The notes beneath the pieces are model-generated. The model did no database searches and had not been told where the DNA came from. It worked only from the letters and a program-made list of their open reading frames with translations. Both the position numbers and the translations under genes were made by a program. From contig NC_058383.1 of the NCBI RefSeq assembly GCF_018350175.1, positions 8,806,001 through 8,870,000 of the forward strand: a stretch of DNA of 64,000 nt, in the 5' to 3' direction. Shown piece after piece: positions 63,681-64,000 of the stretch. Source of the stretch: Felis catus. Lineage: Eukaryota. Position 1 is the first letter of the stretch, and every line of letters starts with the position of its first letter.

Positions 63681-64000
63681 CTCTCCCTGCCCTCCCTCCT
63701 GTCTGTCTCGTGTTCCCTGAACACGACCAAGTTGTGCGTGTGTCCCAAATCCAGCCTCCCTGACCTCCGGCCTGGTGCCAGATCACCTTTTGTCTGGGAG
63801 TGCTGCCTGCACGCGATCGTAGGGGAGTGAAATAACCGCTTCTTCAAGAGCACCTGCAGAGACCCTGGTGTGGGAATGTGACTGCACGCTACCCCCATTT
63901 GACTAGGACGCCGTTTGACTAGGACGAGAAACCGTTAGGAAGTTGACAAGGGGTCATAAAAAGGAACCAGGGCAGAGCAGTTTTACACCGTGGAAATACA

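Overview
This is mammalian, not prokaryotic, DNA: a felid genome (probably domestic cat), judged from abundant SINEC_Fc-type CanSINEs. The whole window lies inside the CUX1 gene (CDP/Cux and CASP shared N-terminal coiled-coil region) on the + strand. Five coding exons are present: 1992-2068, 3509-3575, 35403-35451, 49886-49990 and 56765-56953 (77/67/49/105/189 nt; by recall human exons 7-11). All have AG/GT boundaries and splice into one open frame. The rest is intron, containing about 24 CanSINEs (several with exact target-site duplications, one triple nest), old L1/L2/MIR/hAT fragments, an MLT1 LTR and a ~5.8 kb antisense ERV1-class proviral remnant (3' LTR, PPT, env-TM and gag-MA relics). 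The most notable derived observation is that back-splicing the last three exons gives a 343-nt circle, 342 nt of which is one 113-aa ORF with a junction-specific GRRN C-terminus, matching what I recall of human ecircCUX1/p113. Candidate splicing-control elements flank it. I found no evidence for a wholly new biological system. Repeat family names and conservation statements come from recall, not from database searches, and boundaries of old repeats are approximate.
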